Positions 1-10,148 of a stretch of DNA of 64,000 bases are shown here, piece by piece (within the stretch, counting starts at the first letter, position 1; the number at the start of each line of letters is the position of its first letter). Source of the stretch: Octopus sinensis (Eukaryota); contig NC_043000.1 of the NCBI RefSeq assembly GCF_006345805.1, forward strand, positions 142,724,001 through 142,788,000, given 5' to 3'. The position numbers were made by a program, and so were the translations under genes. The notes under the pieces were generated by a model. That model was not told the origin of the DNA. It did not search any database and saw nothing but the letters and a program-made list of their open reading frames with translations.

Positions 1-239
1 AAATCTCGTAAGTTATTCTATAGATATTATCTTTCTTCGTTACAATTCCTTTACTTCTAAATATAGATTTGATATTTCAGCGCACTTTTAAATTTTGCTT
101 TTTATGTTCTTTATTCTATTGTAGAGCGTTCACTTCTTTTAGTTTTTGAAATTTAAGAGAATATTTTTATTTATATATATATATTTTTTTTTTTTTTGTA
201 GCCACGAATTAGTTTAAGGTAATATAATTTTCTACTCTA

Positions 240-410
240 GGCAAAATGGCCAAAATTTGGGGGGAGGGGGGAAGTCAATTAGATCGACTCCATTACGCAC
301 CTGATACTTAATTTATTGACCCCGAAGGGATGAAAGGCAGAGTCGACCTCAGCGGAATTTGAACTCAGACGAAATACCGCTGACCGTTTCGCTAGGCGTG
401 CTAACGTTTC
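240..410 (-). mobile_element. SINE family A (tRNA-derived), partial copy with variant tail
   Basis: Reverse complement of the family A body (GACCCCGAA.GGATGAAAGGCA.AGTCGACCTC.GCGGAATTTGAACTCAGA) seen many times in the window. Confidence 0.85.
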
Positions 411-412
411 TT

Positions 413-645
413 ATTTCTTTATTGCCTACAAGGGGCTAAACATAGAGAGGACAAACAATGTCAGACAAAGGGATTAAGTCGATTACATCAACCTCAGTGC
501 GCAGCTGGTACATAATTTATCGACTCCGAAAGGATGAAAGGCAAAGTTGACCTCGGTGGAATTTGAACTCAGAACGTAACGGCAGACGAAACACTGCTAA
601 GCATTTCGTCAGGCATGCTAACGTTTGTGCCAACTCGCTGTCTTA
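413..645 (-). mobile_element. SINE family A, near full length
   Basis: Aligns end to end with the copies at 56905-57135 and 63240-63470; B-box-like GAGTTCAAATTCC on the minus strand. Confidence 0.9.
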
Positions 646-689
646 GTAACAGTATAATTCTAAGTGATCTATTATTATGCGTTTACCAT

Positions 690-971
690 TTACTTGTTTA
701 GTCATTAGCGTACGGTGAAGCTGGGGCACCGACTTGAAGGGTTTTGTCTCATGCATCGCCCCCATTACCGATTATCTTTAAGCCTGGTGCTTATTCTGTC
801 TGTGTCTTTTGCCGAACTGCTAACTTATGAGCAAGTAAACAAACCAACGGCGAAAGTCAAGTGGTGGTGGTGACAAACAGAAGCACAGAGACAGACACCC
901 ACACGCTCACACACGCACGCACGCACACATACACGCACACACACACACACACGCACAGGTAAACCAAATCT

Positions 972-1054
<83 letters not shown>

Positions 1055-1258
1055 ACATATAGATATACATAACATATGTGTGTGTATGCTAGTGCATGTG
1101 TGTATGCGTGTGTATGTGCATATATTTAATGGGCTTCTTTCAATATCTATCTACTAAATACGGGCACAAGGCTTTAGTCGGGCCGAGACTATAATGGAAG
1201 TCACTGAACCCAGAACCATGCGGTTGTGAAAAAGATTTGATACCACACATCCTACACC
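690..1258 (-). mobile_element. SINE family B (CORE-like, internal microsatellite), degenerate
   Basis: GGGGCACCGACTTG...GCCGAACTGCTAA and CAAGGCTTTAGTCGG...ACTGAACCCAGAACCATG match other family B copies. Confidence 0.75.
973..1052. repeat. (AGAT)n microsatellite inside the SINE B spacer
   Basis: Perfect tetranucleotide run. Confidence 0.98.
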
Positions 1259-1822
1259 TGACCTGTGTAGTATAAATATTAACTGCGGTAATGGTAGTTC
1301 TGAACATTGGCACAACGCCATAGATTTTGATAGGATGGTTCTGGAGGAAAATGGAATTAGACATCAGTATTACACTGATATTTATGTCATGAACTTGGAC
1401 TAATATAAAAAGGAAAGACGACACCTAGCTTGATTTCAACTCAGCACCTAAAGAATATAACTAAATACCACAAATCTCAGTTAACCTAGCGATTCGTTGA
1501 TTTTTCTACTGCACTGTACCTCCTTTCAACTATAGGCACAATAATCCTACAAGCTATAGGCATTTTCCGTTGGAAGGGCAGCTGGACAATTATATTGGCC
1601 TTAGTACTCAGCTGACCTCAGAGCTCAACTAGTATTTATTTAAGAAGGATGAAAGGAGAAAGCAACCTTGTCAGAATTTGAACTCAGAATATAATGCCAA
1701 AAGAAATGCCGGTAAGAATCTGATCTGGCAAGTGTTGACGATTCTGTCAGCTTGTCGCATTACCAACTCTAATAAATATTAATACTGACGCTTATATTAC
1801 CTGGAACAGTTATTATAACTGG

Positions 1823-2433
1823 AAGAAGAAGAAGAAGAAGAAGAAGAAGAAGAAGAAGAAGAAGAAGGGAGAGGAGAGGAGGGGAGAAGGATGTGGTCGG
1901 GGAGAAGGAGGAGGGGGGAGAAGAAGAGAAGAAGAAGAAGAAGAAAAGAAGAAGACGACGAAGAAGAAGAAAAAGAATTAAGACGAATAAGACGAAGAAG
2001 AAGACAAGAAGAAAAGAAGAAGAAAAGAAAGGTAAAAAGAAGAAGAAAAAGAAGAACACGAAGAATAAGAAGAATAAACTGATAAGAAGAGAAGAAGAAG
2101 AAGAAGAAGAAGAAAGGAGAAGAGAAAAGATAAGAAGACGAAACGAAGAAGAACGAAGCAGAAGAAGGAGGAGAAGAATAATAAGAAGAAGAGACGAAGA
2201 AGAAGAAAAACAAAAAAGAAGAAAAAGGAGAAAAGAAAGAGAAGAAAAGACAAACGAAGAAGAAGAAGACAAGAAGAGAAGAAGAAGCGACGAAGAAGAA
2301 GAAGGAAAAAAGAAGAAGAAGAAGAAAAGAAGAAGAAGAAAAGACGAAGAAGAAGAAAGAAGAAGACGAAAGAAGAAGAAGAAGAAGAAGAAGAAGAAGA
2401 AGAAGAAGAAGAAGACAACGGTGACGACGAAGA
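1823..2433. repeat. Compound (GAA)n polypurine tract, about 610 bp
   Basis: GAA/GAC/AAA variants; source of the spurious Lys/Arg/Glu and Phe/Ser/Leu ORFs. Confidence 0.97.
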
Positions 2434-2776
2434 AGTTAGGACATGAAAGAAGGAAGGGGAGCAGGTTGTGTAAGAATGACCAATATCAAGTAATTTCCTG
2501 AAGTGAAGAAATCGATGAGATAAATAAACAAGGACACGTTGCGAACATTTGGAACTGTAGACATCCTAAGCTAAAGCACATCATTGGCAAAGTGGACGGT
2601 TATTAGAATATATTTAATGATTAAGACTATCCATAAAATAAACATTTAACAAAAACAACACCATTGCTAAGACGTTCAGCATCGTAGAAAATTGACTCTA
2701 CATAAATATGTGTGTGTGTGTGGGTGTTTGTGTGTGCATGTGTGTGTATTTACGTGTACGAGTATGCATGTATATA

Positions 2777-3130
2777 CTCTTTTACTCTTTTACTGGTTTC
2801 AGTCATTTGACTACTGCCATGCTGGAGCACCGCCTTTAGTCGAGCAAATCGACCCCCGGACTTATTCTTTGGAAGCCTAGTACTTATTCTATCGATCACT
2901 TTTTGCCGAACCGCTAAGTTACGGGGACGTAAACATATCAGGATCGGTTTTCAAGCGATGTTGTATATATATATATATACATATATCCGACTCTACCAAA
3001 TCCACTCACAAGTTTTTGGTTGGCCCGAGGATATAGTAGAAGAAACTTGCCGGAGGTGGCACGCAGTGGGACTGAACTCGAAACCATGTGGTTGGTAAGC
3101 AGGATACTTACCACACAGCCACTCCAGCGC
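2777..3130 (-). mobile_element. SINE family B
   Basis: CTCTTTTACTCTTTTAC tail, TTTCAGTCATTTGACT..GCCATGCTGGAGCACCGCC body and CTTACCACACAGCCACTCC head on the + strand. Confidence 0.92.
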
Positions 3131-3345
3131 CAATACATGTATATAAGAATTTTTGCGTAATAAGATAAAATATACAAGGCATTTATAGATAGAAGGCCTT
3201 ACAACTGTTTCTAGGATATTTACGGTCTGTCTATAGCAATTATTCAGCATTACCTGATACCTTTGGGTCTCAATGACACCATTATCTCTTATATATACAT
3301 AAGTATTTAATTAAGTTATTTTATTCCACACAGGTAGAAATATCG

Positions 3346-3800
3346 CAAAAGTAGAAGTTGAAAATGTACTGAGAATAATTAAAACTGCTTTTATCATATT
3401 TAAAGATTTAACCGGTTTCATAGTTTACACTGATTTTCAAAAGTTGAGATAGGAAGACGTGGTTTATGCCGCAGGCGTCTTGCTTCTAACTAGTTTTGAA
3501 GCTTATCCTTGAATTTAACCCACAGACGTAGCGGTGAGCCTACAAAAATTTCAATGACCAGTCATGTGACTATCCCCTGTAAGTCAAGTCCTATCTTAAA
3601 CATATACTATTTTCAACTATGCACTCCCTATAAAGATAGAACAAGCATCAAGTACTAGTCAGAATAGAAATGCGACATAACCCACGTCTCTCTATCTCAA
3701 CTTCTTTTTTTAAATCAGTGTAAACTTGGAAACTGATTAAATCGTTAGATATAATTTTAAGATTTTAACTATTCTCAGTGCATATTCAACTTCTATTTTC
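3346..3800. mobile_element. Imperfect inverted repeat (arms about 3346-3473 and 3671-3800), probable inverted Penelope-like pseudo-LTR pair
   Basis: Arms are reverse complements with indels; each contains a degenerate hammerhead-like TTGAAAA-TCAG-TGTAAA-CT..-GAAAC-CG-GTT motif. Confidence 0.6.
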
Positions 3801-3814
3801 TCTCTCTTTCTCTT

Positions 3815-3855
<41 letters not shown>

Positions 3856-3899
3856 ATATATATATATATATATACAGAGAGAGAGAGAGAGAGAGAGAG

Positions 3900-4060
3900 C
3901 AGGAGTGGTTGTGTGGTAAGAAGCTTGCTTCCCGACCACATGGTTCCCGGTTCAGTGTTCAGTGCATGGCACTTTGGTCTTGTGTCTTCTACTATAGCCT
4001 CGGGCCGACTAAAGTCATGTGAGTGGATTTGGTAGACGGAAACTGAAAGGACCCCGTCGT
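3900..4060 (+). mobile_element. SINE family B, 5' half
   Basis: GGAGTGGTTGTGTGGTAAG head through GGATTTGGTAGACGGAAACTGAAAG, followed by (TA)n. Confidence 0.9.
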
Positions 4061-4068
4061 ATATATAT

Positions 4069-4147
<79 letters not shown>

Positions 4148-4769
4148 TTATATATATATATACATTTGCGTCCGTTATTTTAGAAAATAATTGTGCCTTT
4201 GTGGGGATCTTTTAGTGATCTTTTTTAGTGATTTCTCTCTCCCTTGCTCTCTCACTCTCTATTTCCCCCTCTATGTCTCTCTAACACGCGCGTGCGCGCG
4301 CACACACACTTTCATTGTATTTCCAGAATTTATTCAGAATTTTGAAAACATGCTAGTGTGTTGTTTCAGAATTCAACCCATCTGACACCTCTATAGAATT
4401 ATTTCTGCTCTCATTTCCAGTATCACAAGCATGAAGGCGACACTTTTAACAATCGTCTGCTCGAAGTCCTTGAGACTTCATATTTATTTAATGTCCACTA
4501 ATATAGCTTTCACAAATCCAGACCTATTGGATACTTGTGCGTCTATATCACTCACTAGTAGAATTCACCACTAAGAAATATGTTGTAAACAATTTTCTGA
4601 TTTAAGCAAAGTATTTGCCAGTGTCTGAATTGCAATTTTAGTCAAACTTAATGTCTTTGAGCTCTATTTATCTCTCGTCTCTTTGATCGGAAACGACTTA
4701 TCAAATTCATCATAGCAGACCGCACTGATTATCTACGGCTATCACTATTATTCAGGCAATGAATGGAAG

Positions 4770-4975
4770 GAAGATGGCAGAACCATTAGCACGACAGCCA
4801 AAATGCTTAGCGGAATTTCGTCCGTCTTTATGTTCAGAGTTCAAGTCCTACCAAGGTCGAGTTTAACTTCCATTTTTTCGGGTTCGATGAAATAAGTACC
4901 AGTTGAACGGAGGCGATGTAATTGATCCACCCACTCCTCCAGAATTGCTGATATTTTATCATAATTTGAAACTAT
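4770..4975 (+). mobile_element. SINE family A, diverged
   Basis: GATGGCAGAACCATTAGCAC...GAGTTCAAGTCC...AAGGTCGAG...ATAAGTACCAG. Confidence 0.8.
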
Positions 4976-5944
4976 TATCCAGACAACTCACTCATTTATC
5001 TTCCACTCCTAGGTTCGTCACCAACGTGCTTACTTACTTATGTGTCAATAATCTGGAATTTTTCTCTCCTGTTGCCATCAAGCTTCAGTTGGTAAAGAAA
5101 GCCATCAATCCCGCGATCTACCGGGGACCCAGTGTGACTGCTAGCACTATGTGTGCAAACCAAATCATTTTTAAAGTGGCCCGGTGGTCATTTTTCAAAC
5201 AAGATAACCTTCTTGATACTTTTGAAATTTTTGCTTATATCATTGTATATATTCTTGTTTAGTATTGCATAACATTGTATATTGTACTGTATAGTATTAA
5301 TATTTGGTAGTAAGCTGGCTGAATCTTTAGAGTGTTGAATTGATTGCTTTGCCGAAATCTTTCGAACTCAGCTCACATTGTCATCAAGTTTACCTATCAT
5401 CCTTTCTGGATTGATAATTAAAGTCTCAGACTTGTACTGATTTGCTTTTCTTCTTTCTCCCTTCTTTGCTTTTTGTCAGTGTCTAATTCTTTCTTTCTGC
5501 AAGAAATCAGTCATGACCAACCCTGGGAGAAGATGAGCTCCTCCATGTCCTAAGTGACCAACGCACGCAGTATAGCACAATGGTGCAATTTCAAATTCAT
5601 CAAAGAGTTAAGAGCTCATGGCATTATAAATATTTTTCTTCTTGTATATTTGAGCTTAGACAATGATCCAAGCTAACACTGGATGCTTCACTGCATTTTC
5701 TAATTTAAATGTCGCAGGAGATGCTTACGCACTTGATTTTTTTAATGATTGTATTTTTTCTTGCAGGTGGTTCTGTTAACAACTTGACCTCTACGAAGTG
5801 GAGAACGTTATTATCATTGCTGCTTAACTCATATTTTCTCCTATTAAACAAACGTAAGTGGAAAAACATTCAATAACTGGGCTCGACTTCTTTTGATAAC
5901 GTGGTTTCTGTATGTGTCAACCTAGTGGCGTGCACTAATAACCA

Positions 5945-6198
5945 TGTGATATACAATACCACAGAACGGGGTAGACACCAACCGTCTCCACTTGATGTAT
6001 TTCCATATACTCTGGAAACAAATCTAACCAATACAAAACAACTCTCAACGAACTATAAAAACTTTTCAGCAATTTCCTGCGACCCCATACACTCATGCAC
6101 GACACCTTTCGACTTCTTGCGATTTTCACTCCTCGCTCTCAGTCAAAACATTCGGCTAGTCCATTCTCACAGTGGGTCTCAGTATTCTCGCCGTGTCA
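5945..6198 (-). mobile_element. 3' LTR of a Ty3/Gypsy element
   Basis: Minus strand reads polypurine tract AAAAGGGGAGA directly followed by TG...; candidate CA end at 5945; directly downstream of the integrase relic. Confidence 0.7.
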
Positions 6199-7135
6199 TC
6201 TCCCCTTTTGAGATTTGACTTCTATAGGACGTACGAATTGTTCATTTGATTTTATTCCATATCTTTTTATCACCACCTTTTATGAGATTTTAATTTACTC
6301 TGAAGTTTTAATACTTCTTTCGCTTAGGGACTATTTCTAGTCGTTCTGCTTGTTTATGTTTTCTTTTGCTGACCCACCTAGGTTCAACCTCTTTTGGCAT
6401 TAGAACATCGAACTAATCATAACAAACTTTCATCAGTATTTCTTCTCTTTCTTCGGTATGTCTAGTCTTCAACTGGTTTAAATGTCATTTATGCTCGCCT
6501 ATTTGACCTTTTATTATGCACATCATACTGCCTATTCTTTTCGTCTCTATACCGTCCTCCTAACCTTGTCTACCATTCTTATTTATTTTGAAATGAACTT
6601 TTTATCTCCCACATTAAAACACTTTGTTGTTTTTCTTGGGTTTTTCCCTATAAGAATTTTTGCAAATAAAATTTATCAAAAATTCATTTTATTTTCCAGA
6701 CTAATATTAGCTTTGCAGGTGACTTGCCTGAACAGGTGTTCGGATTAGGTGTTACCCAGTAAACACTTAAGAACTGAGCTAGTGCTGCATCATTGCCTAA
6801 TTCCTTTCCTGATTTTTTAGTGCTCGCTAAAATATGTCAACAAACTTTTCTACTTTCCCATTTGATCGCGGATGGTACGGTGGAGTAGAAATATGATTGA
6901 TTGCATATCTCTCACAGAAATTTTTAAAAGCCTACCTCCAAAAATTGCGTTCCGTTATCTGTCCGGTAAAGTAGTGTCTGGGACACCTATTGCGTAAAAT
7001 GTTCGTGAAGGAAGCTTGTTGTTACCTTCGAGGTTGGCTGACTGCATTTACATATCTCCGGGTACTTGGTATAGCCATCTATAATGATCAGATAATACGC
7101 GCCGTTTACAGGTCCAGCAAAATCTATATGTAGCC
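6199..7135 (-). pseudogene. Ty3/Gypsy integrase relic (rve core plus C-terminus) and PPT
   Basis: Translates to RLHIDFAGPVNGAYYLIIIDGYTKYPE...DNGTQF...HISTPPYHPRSNGKVEKFVD (D,D(35)E) with stops and frameshifts. Confidence 0.9.
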
Positions 7136-8330
7136 TCAAGCAGTACCATTTAACAGTGTTAATTTCTACAATTAGATAATTATTCTTACACTTTTTTTGT
7201 TTTTGTATCGTTCTATTTTTCATTCTTTCAAAACTTTTTAACAGTCTATTTTTCCTCATTTTTTATAACAAACTAGCAGTATCGCCCGGCGTTGCTCGGG
7301 TTTGTAAGGAAAATAACTATAAAGCATTTTTAGAGAGTTATAGCCAAAAAATAGCAAAAAATGCATTAAAAATGAAAAAAAAATTATGGTAATTTTTTTT
7401 TAAATCGTTGACTCATCGTAGACATTTTTAGGAAGTTACTTCCCTTATATTAAAAAAATATGCATTAAAATGGAAATAAATTATGGTAAATTATTTTTAA
7501 AATCGTAGACTGATCGTAGACGCGCGCTAATACCCAGAAGGGCTCGATATGAATCACGACTATAAGATACCCGGTTTTGGTTAAACTGCACCGCAAAATG
7601 TGGGAGTAAGGAATCTAAATCGGAGTAGACAGACACACAACCTTTCTTTTATATATAAAGATTTTACTTCCTTACATTTTTTAAACGTTGATTAATGGTT
7701 TTAGATCTTCGAAATCCACGACTGGTTCGTCAAATTCGATTTCAACCCCCAATGGGTCTATGCTGCTTCCAAGCAGTTCTCTTAATTTTTCAAATCTCAC
7801 TTTATCTATGATAATTCCTGTAGTCTTTTCCGAGTATTTTTCTGGGAGCAGCCTTACTCTTATTACAGATTTATACTTTATAATATTTTTCTCTATTGCT
7901 ATACGTGGCCATATGTCACTTGTAAATTTTCCTTTTCACATCCGCTTGCTTCGGCTCCAGACCTGGGTTGTGCGGGTGTATAACAAAATCATAACCAAAA
8001 TCATAACCGCTGCCTCCTTCTACATCCTGTTATAAGGCTGTTTCTTCCTCTGCGCCCTCTTCCATTATTAATTCTGTTGGTGTCTCGCACCTGTATCTCT
8101 TTTGCTCCATCTCAATCTCTTTCAACCTGTTTTGGTTCTCTGGAGGAGAGCTCACCCGTTCTTTTCTCTTCCTCCTATTTACGACTGTGAAGGCTTCCTC
8201 TATCTTTCTCTGTTACTGGTACTACATCTTCGGTACTCTTTTCTTCACTTTTCTTCTCTTCGTTTTCCTTCTCAGGGCACCTTACTTTCATATGCCCTTT
8301 TTTTCTGCATAGGAAGCATGTCGGTGGCCT
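7136..8330 (-). pseudogene. 5'-truncated copy B of an ORF1/gag-like-only element
   Basis: Begins at knuckle RPPTCFLCRKKGHMKVRC (8277-8318); C-terminus LLGSSIDPLGVEIEFDEPVVDFEDLKP is homologous to copy A; same 3' end motif. Confidence 0.8.
7273..7661 (-). mobile_element. Non-autonomous Helitron
   Basis: Minus strand: A|TCTTTATATATAAAAG ... subterminal hairpin CCCGAGCAACGCCGGG ... CTAG|T; no TSD; internal ~100-bp tandem duplication; host sequence rejoins when it is removed. Confidence 0.88.
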
Positions 8331-8500
8331 TCAAACAGTACCATTTAACAGTTGAATTATACAAATTAACAAATCTTTCTTACACTGTCATTTCTCTTTT
8401 AGCATCGTTTTTTTTTCTTCTTTTTTTCCCCTTTCGGGGAAATTCTATTATTTATCTTGGGGTGGGTGGGGGCTGATTCTATTATTTAAAATTTTTTTAC

Positions 8501-9897
8501 TTATTTACTCCCTTTAAAGTTCATAAAGGGTTTCAAATCTTCAAACTCCACGACCGGTGGCAACTCGTCGAATTCGACCTCTAACGCCAACGGGTCCACA
8601 CTATTTCCGAACAGTTCCTTCAATTTCTCACATCTATTCCTGTCAATAACTAGTCCCTTGGCTTCCTCTAAATATCTCTCCGATCGCAACCCCACCCGCA
8701 TGACTGATTTAAACTTCGCAATCCTCCGCTAGACCGCCGCACCCCAGGCATGTGTGACCATACGCCACTTGTTTTTTTTCCGTCTTCAACATCCGCTTAA
8801 CTCAGCGATAGACCTGGGCTGTCCTCGCGAGTCGTTCTACATGGTTTCTCTCCTAGACCACCGCAACAAGCTTCAATGTCTAAGTCCTCCACATCGTGTA
8901 GTACTGATGCTTCTGCTTCCACTCCACCCTCCATTGTTGCCTCTACTGGTGACTCGCACCCGTTCCTTTCCTCCTCCATGCCAATCTCCTTCATCCTCTT
9001 CCAGCTCTCCGGCTGAGAGGTCACCCGCTCTTACCTCTTCCTACCGTTTACGATGGTGAATGATTCCTCCACTTTATCTTGCTCTCTTTCCGGTATTACC
9101 GCTTCGGCACTCTGCTCTTCCTCCCTCAGCTCATCTTAGTTTTCTTTCTGGTCGCACCTTCCTTTCAAGTGCCCCTTTTGACCACATAAGGAACATGTTG
9201 GTAGTCTTCCTTCCACCACCACTCACAGTCGGACGTTTTCTGAGAGAGTGATCTCCTCTGTAATTTCGTGCCAGTCTTTTAGTCTCACTTGTATGGCCAT
9301 CTCGAGGCCATACCCCCACCAATTAACATTTTTGGTTCTCGTAATCTTTAAGAATTTTACTTCATCCTCCATTCTGTGCATGATTGCTGCCACCAGCCCT
9401 GCTTCATTAATCTCGGGGGGTACTCAACCAATTCTTACTCTGGCGACGCTTTTGCCACAGTAAGTCGGCAGAAGTACCCATTCACCTGTTCTTATCGGCT
9501 CAGTAGCGTGGTCTATCGCGTCTTCTTCTTTGCTAAACCTTACTTCCACTGTGCCGTATTTCTTTTCACGCGTATAAAATGTGGTAAGCTTCTTTATTTC
9601 CTTCAAGCACTACTCTATTGCCTCTACTGGGGCAACCTCTATCTTTTTAGAGGACGTTGATAACGTTCTGTACACCATTGTCCTCTTCGCCACATTGTTC
9701 GTCACTTCTTGCGGTGGAGTCAGCCTCAAACTGGCTCCTTCCCTTTTTATTAATTTACTTCCTTCCTTTCACTTTCTGGGCTTTACGTTAATTTCACTTA
9801 CTTACAAGGCGTCGGCAAGTATTCCTTTACATGTCACTGATGCGCAACTTCCAGTTGGTTAATTTTCCATATCTCCTCTTTCCTCTACTTCACCCAT
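8501..9897 (-). pseudogene. Copy A: about 465-codon L1/Tx1-ORF1-like (RRM-like + CCHC zinc knuckle) pseudogene
   Basis: One frame from ATG 9897 with scattered stops: KYGTVEVRFSKEEDA...PTYCGKSVARVRIG*VPPEI...VVVEGRLPTCSLCGQKGHLKGRC (knuckle 9154-9195), acidic linker, one frameshift, ends DFELPPVVEFEDLKPFMNFKGSK-like C-terminus. Confidence 0.8.
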
Positions 9898-10148
9898 AAC
9901 TGGGTAAGAAAACAAATACAATAACAGGCGAAAACAGAAATAATAGTTTAAAATTTAATAAATTTAACAAATCCTAGGTTCACCCACACGAAAAGACCTA
10001 TAACAAACTAACGGCTTACTCCGAAATCACAAGTGATTTCACAAGAAGATGCGAATTTTAATCTCACACTATCAGTCAAATACTGTGCTACTTATAAGAG
10101 TTCAGCTAGTCCATTCTCACAGAGGGTGTCAGGATTCTCGCCATAACA
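9898..10148 (-). mobile_element. LTR-like leader upstream of copy A
   Basis: Starts TGTTATGGCGAGAATCCTGACACCCTCTGTGAGAATGGACTAGCTGAA, clearly homologous to the first ~100 nt of the LTR at 6198 (TGACACGGCGAGAATACTGAGACCCACTGTGAGAATGGACTAGCCGAA). Confidence 0.7.

Noticed and set aside
1769-2501. Lys/Arg/Glu-rich and Phe/Ser/Leu-rich ORFs up to 202 aa
   Set aside because: Translations of the GAA microsatellite in all frames
5945-10148. A single recent intact LTR retrotransposon insertion
   Set aside because: LTR-like ends match only over ~100 nt, no PBS recognised, flanks (AACCA vs ATTTT) give no TSD, and no RT/RNase H
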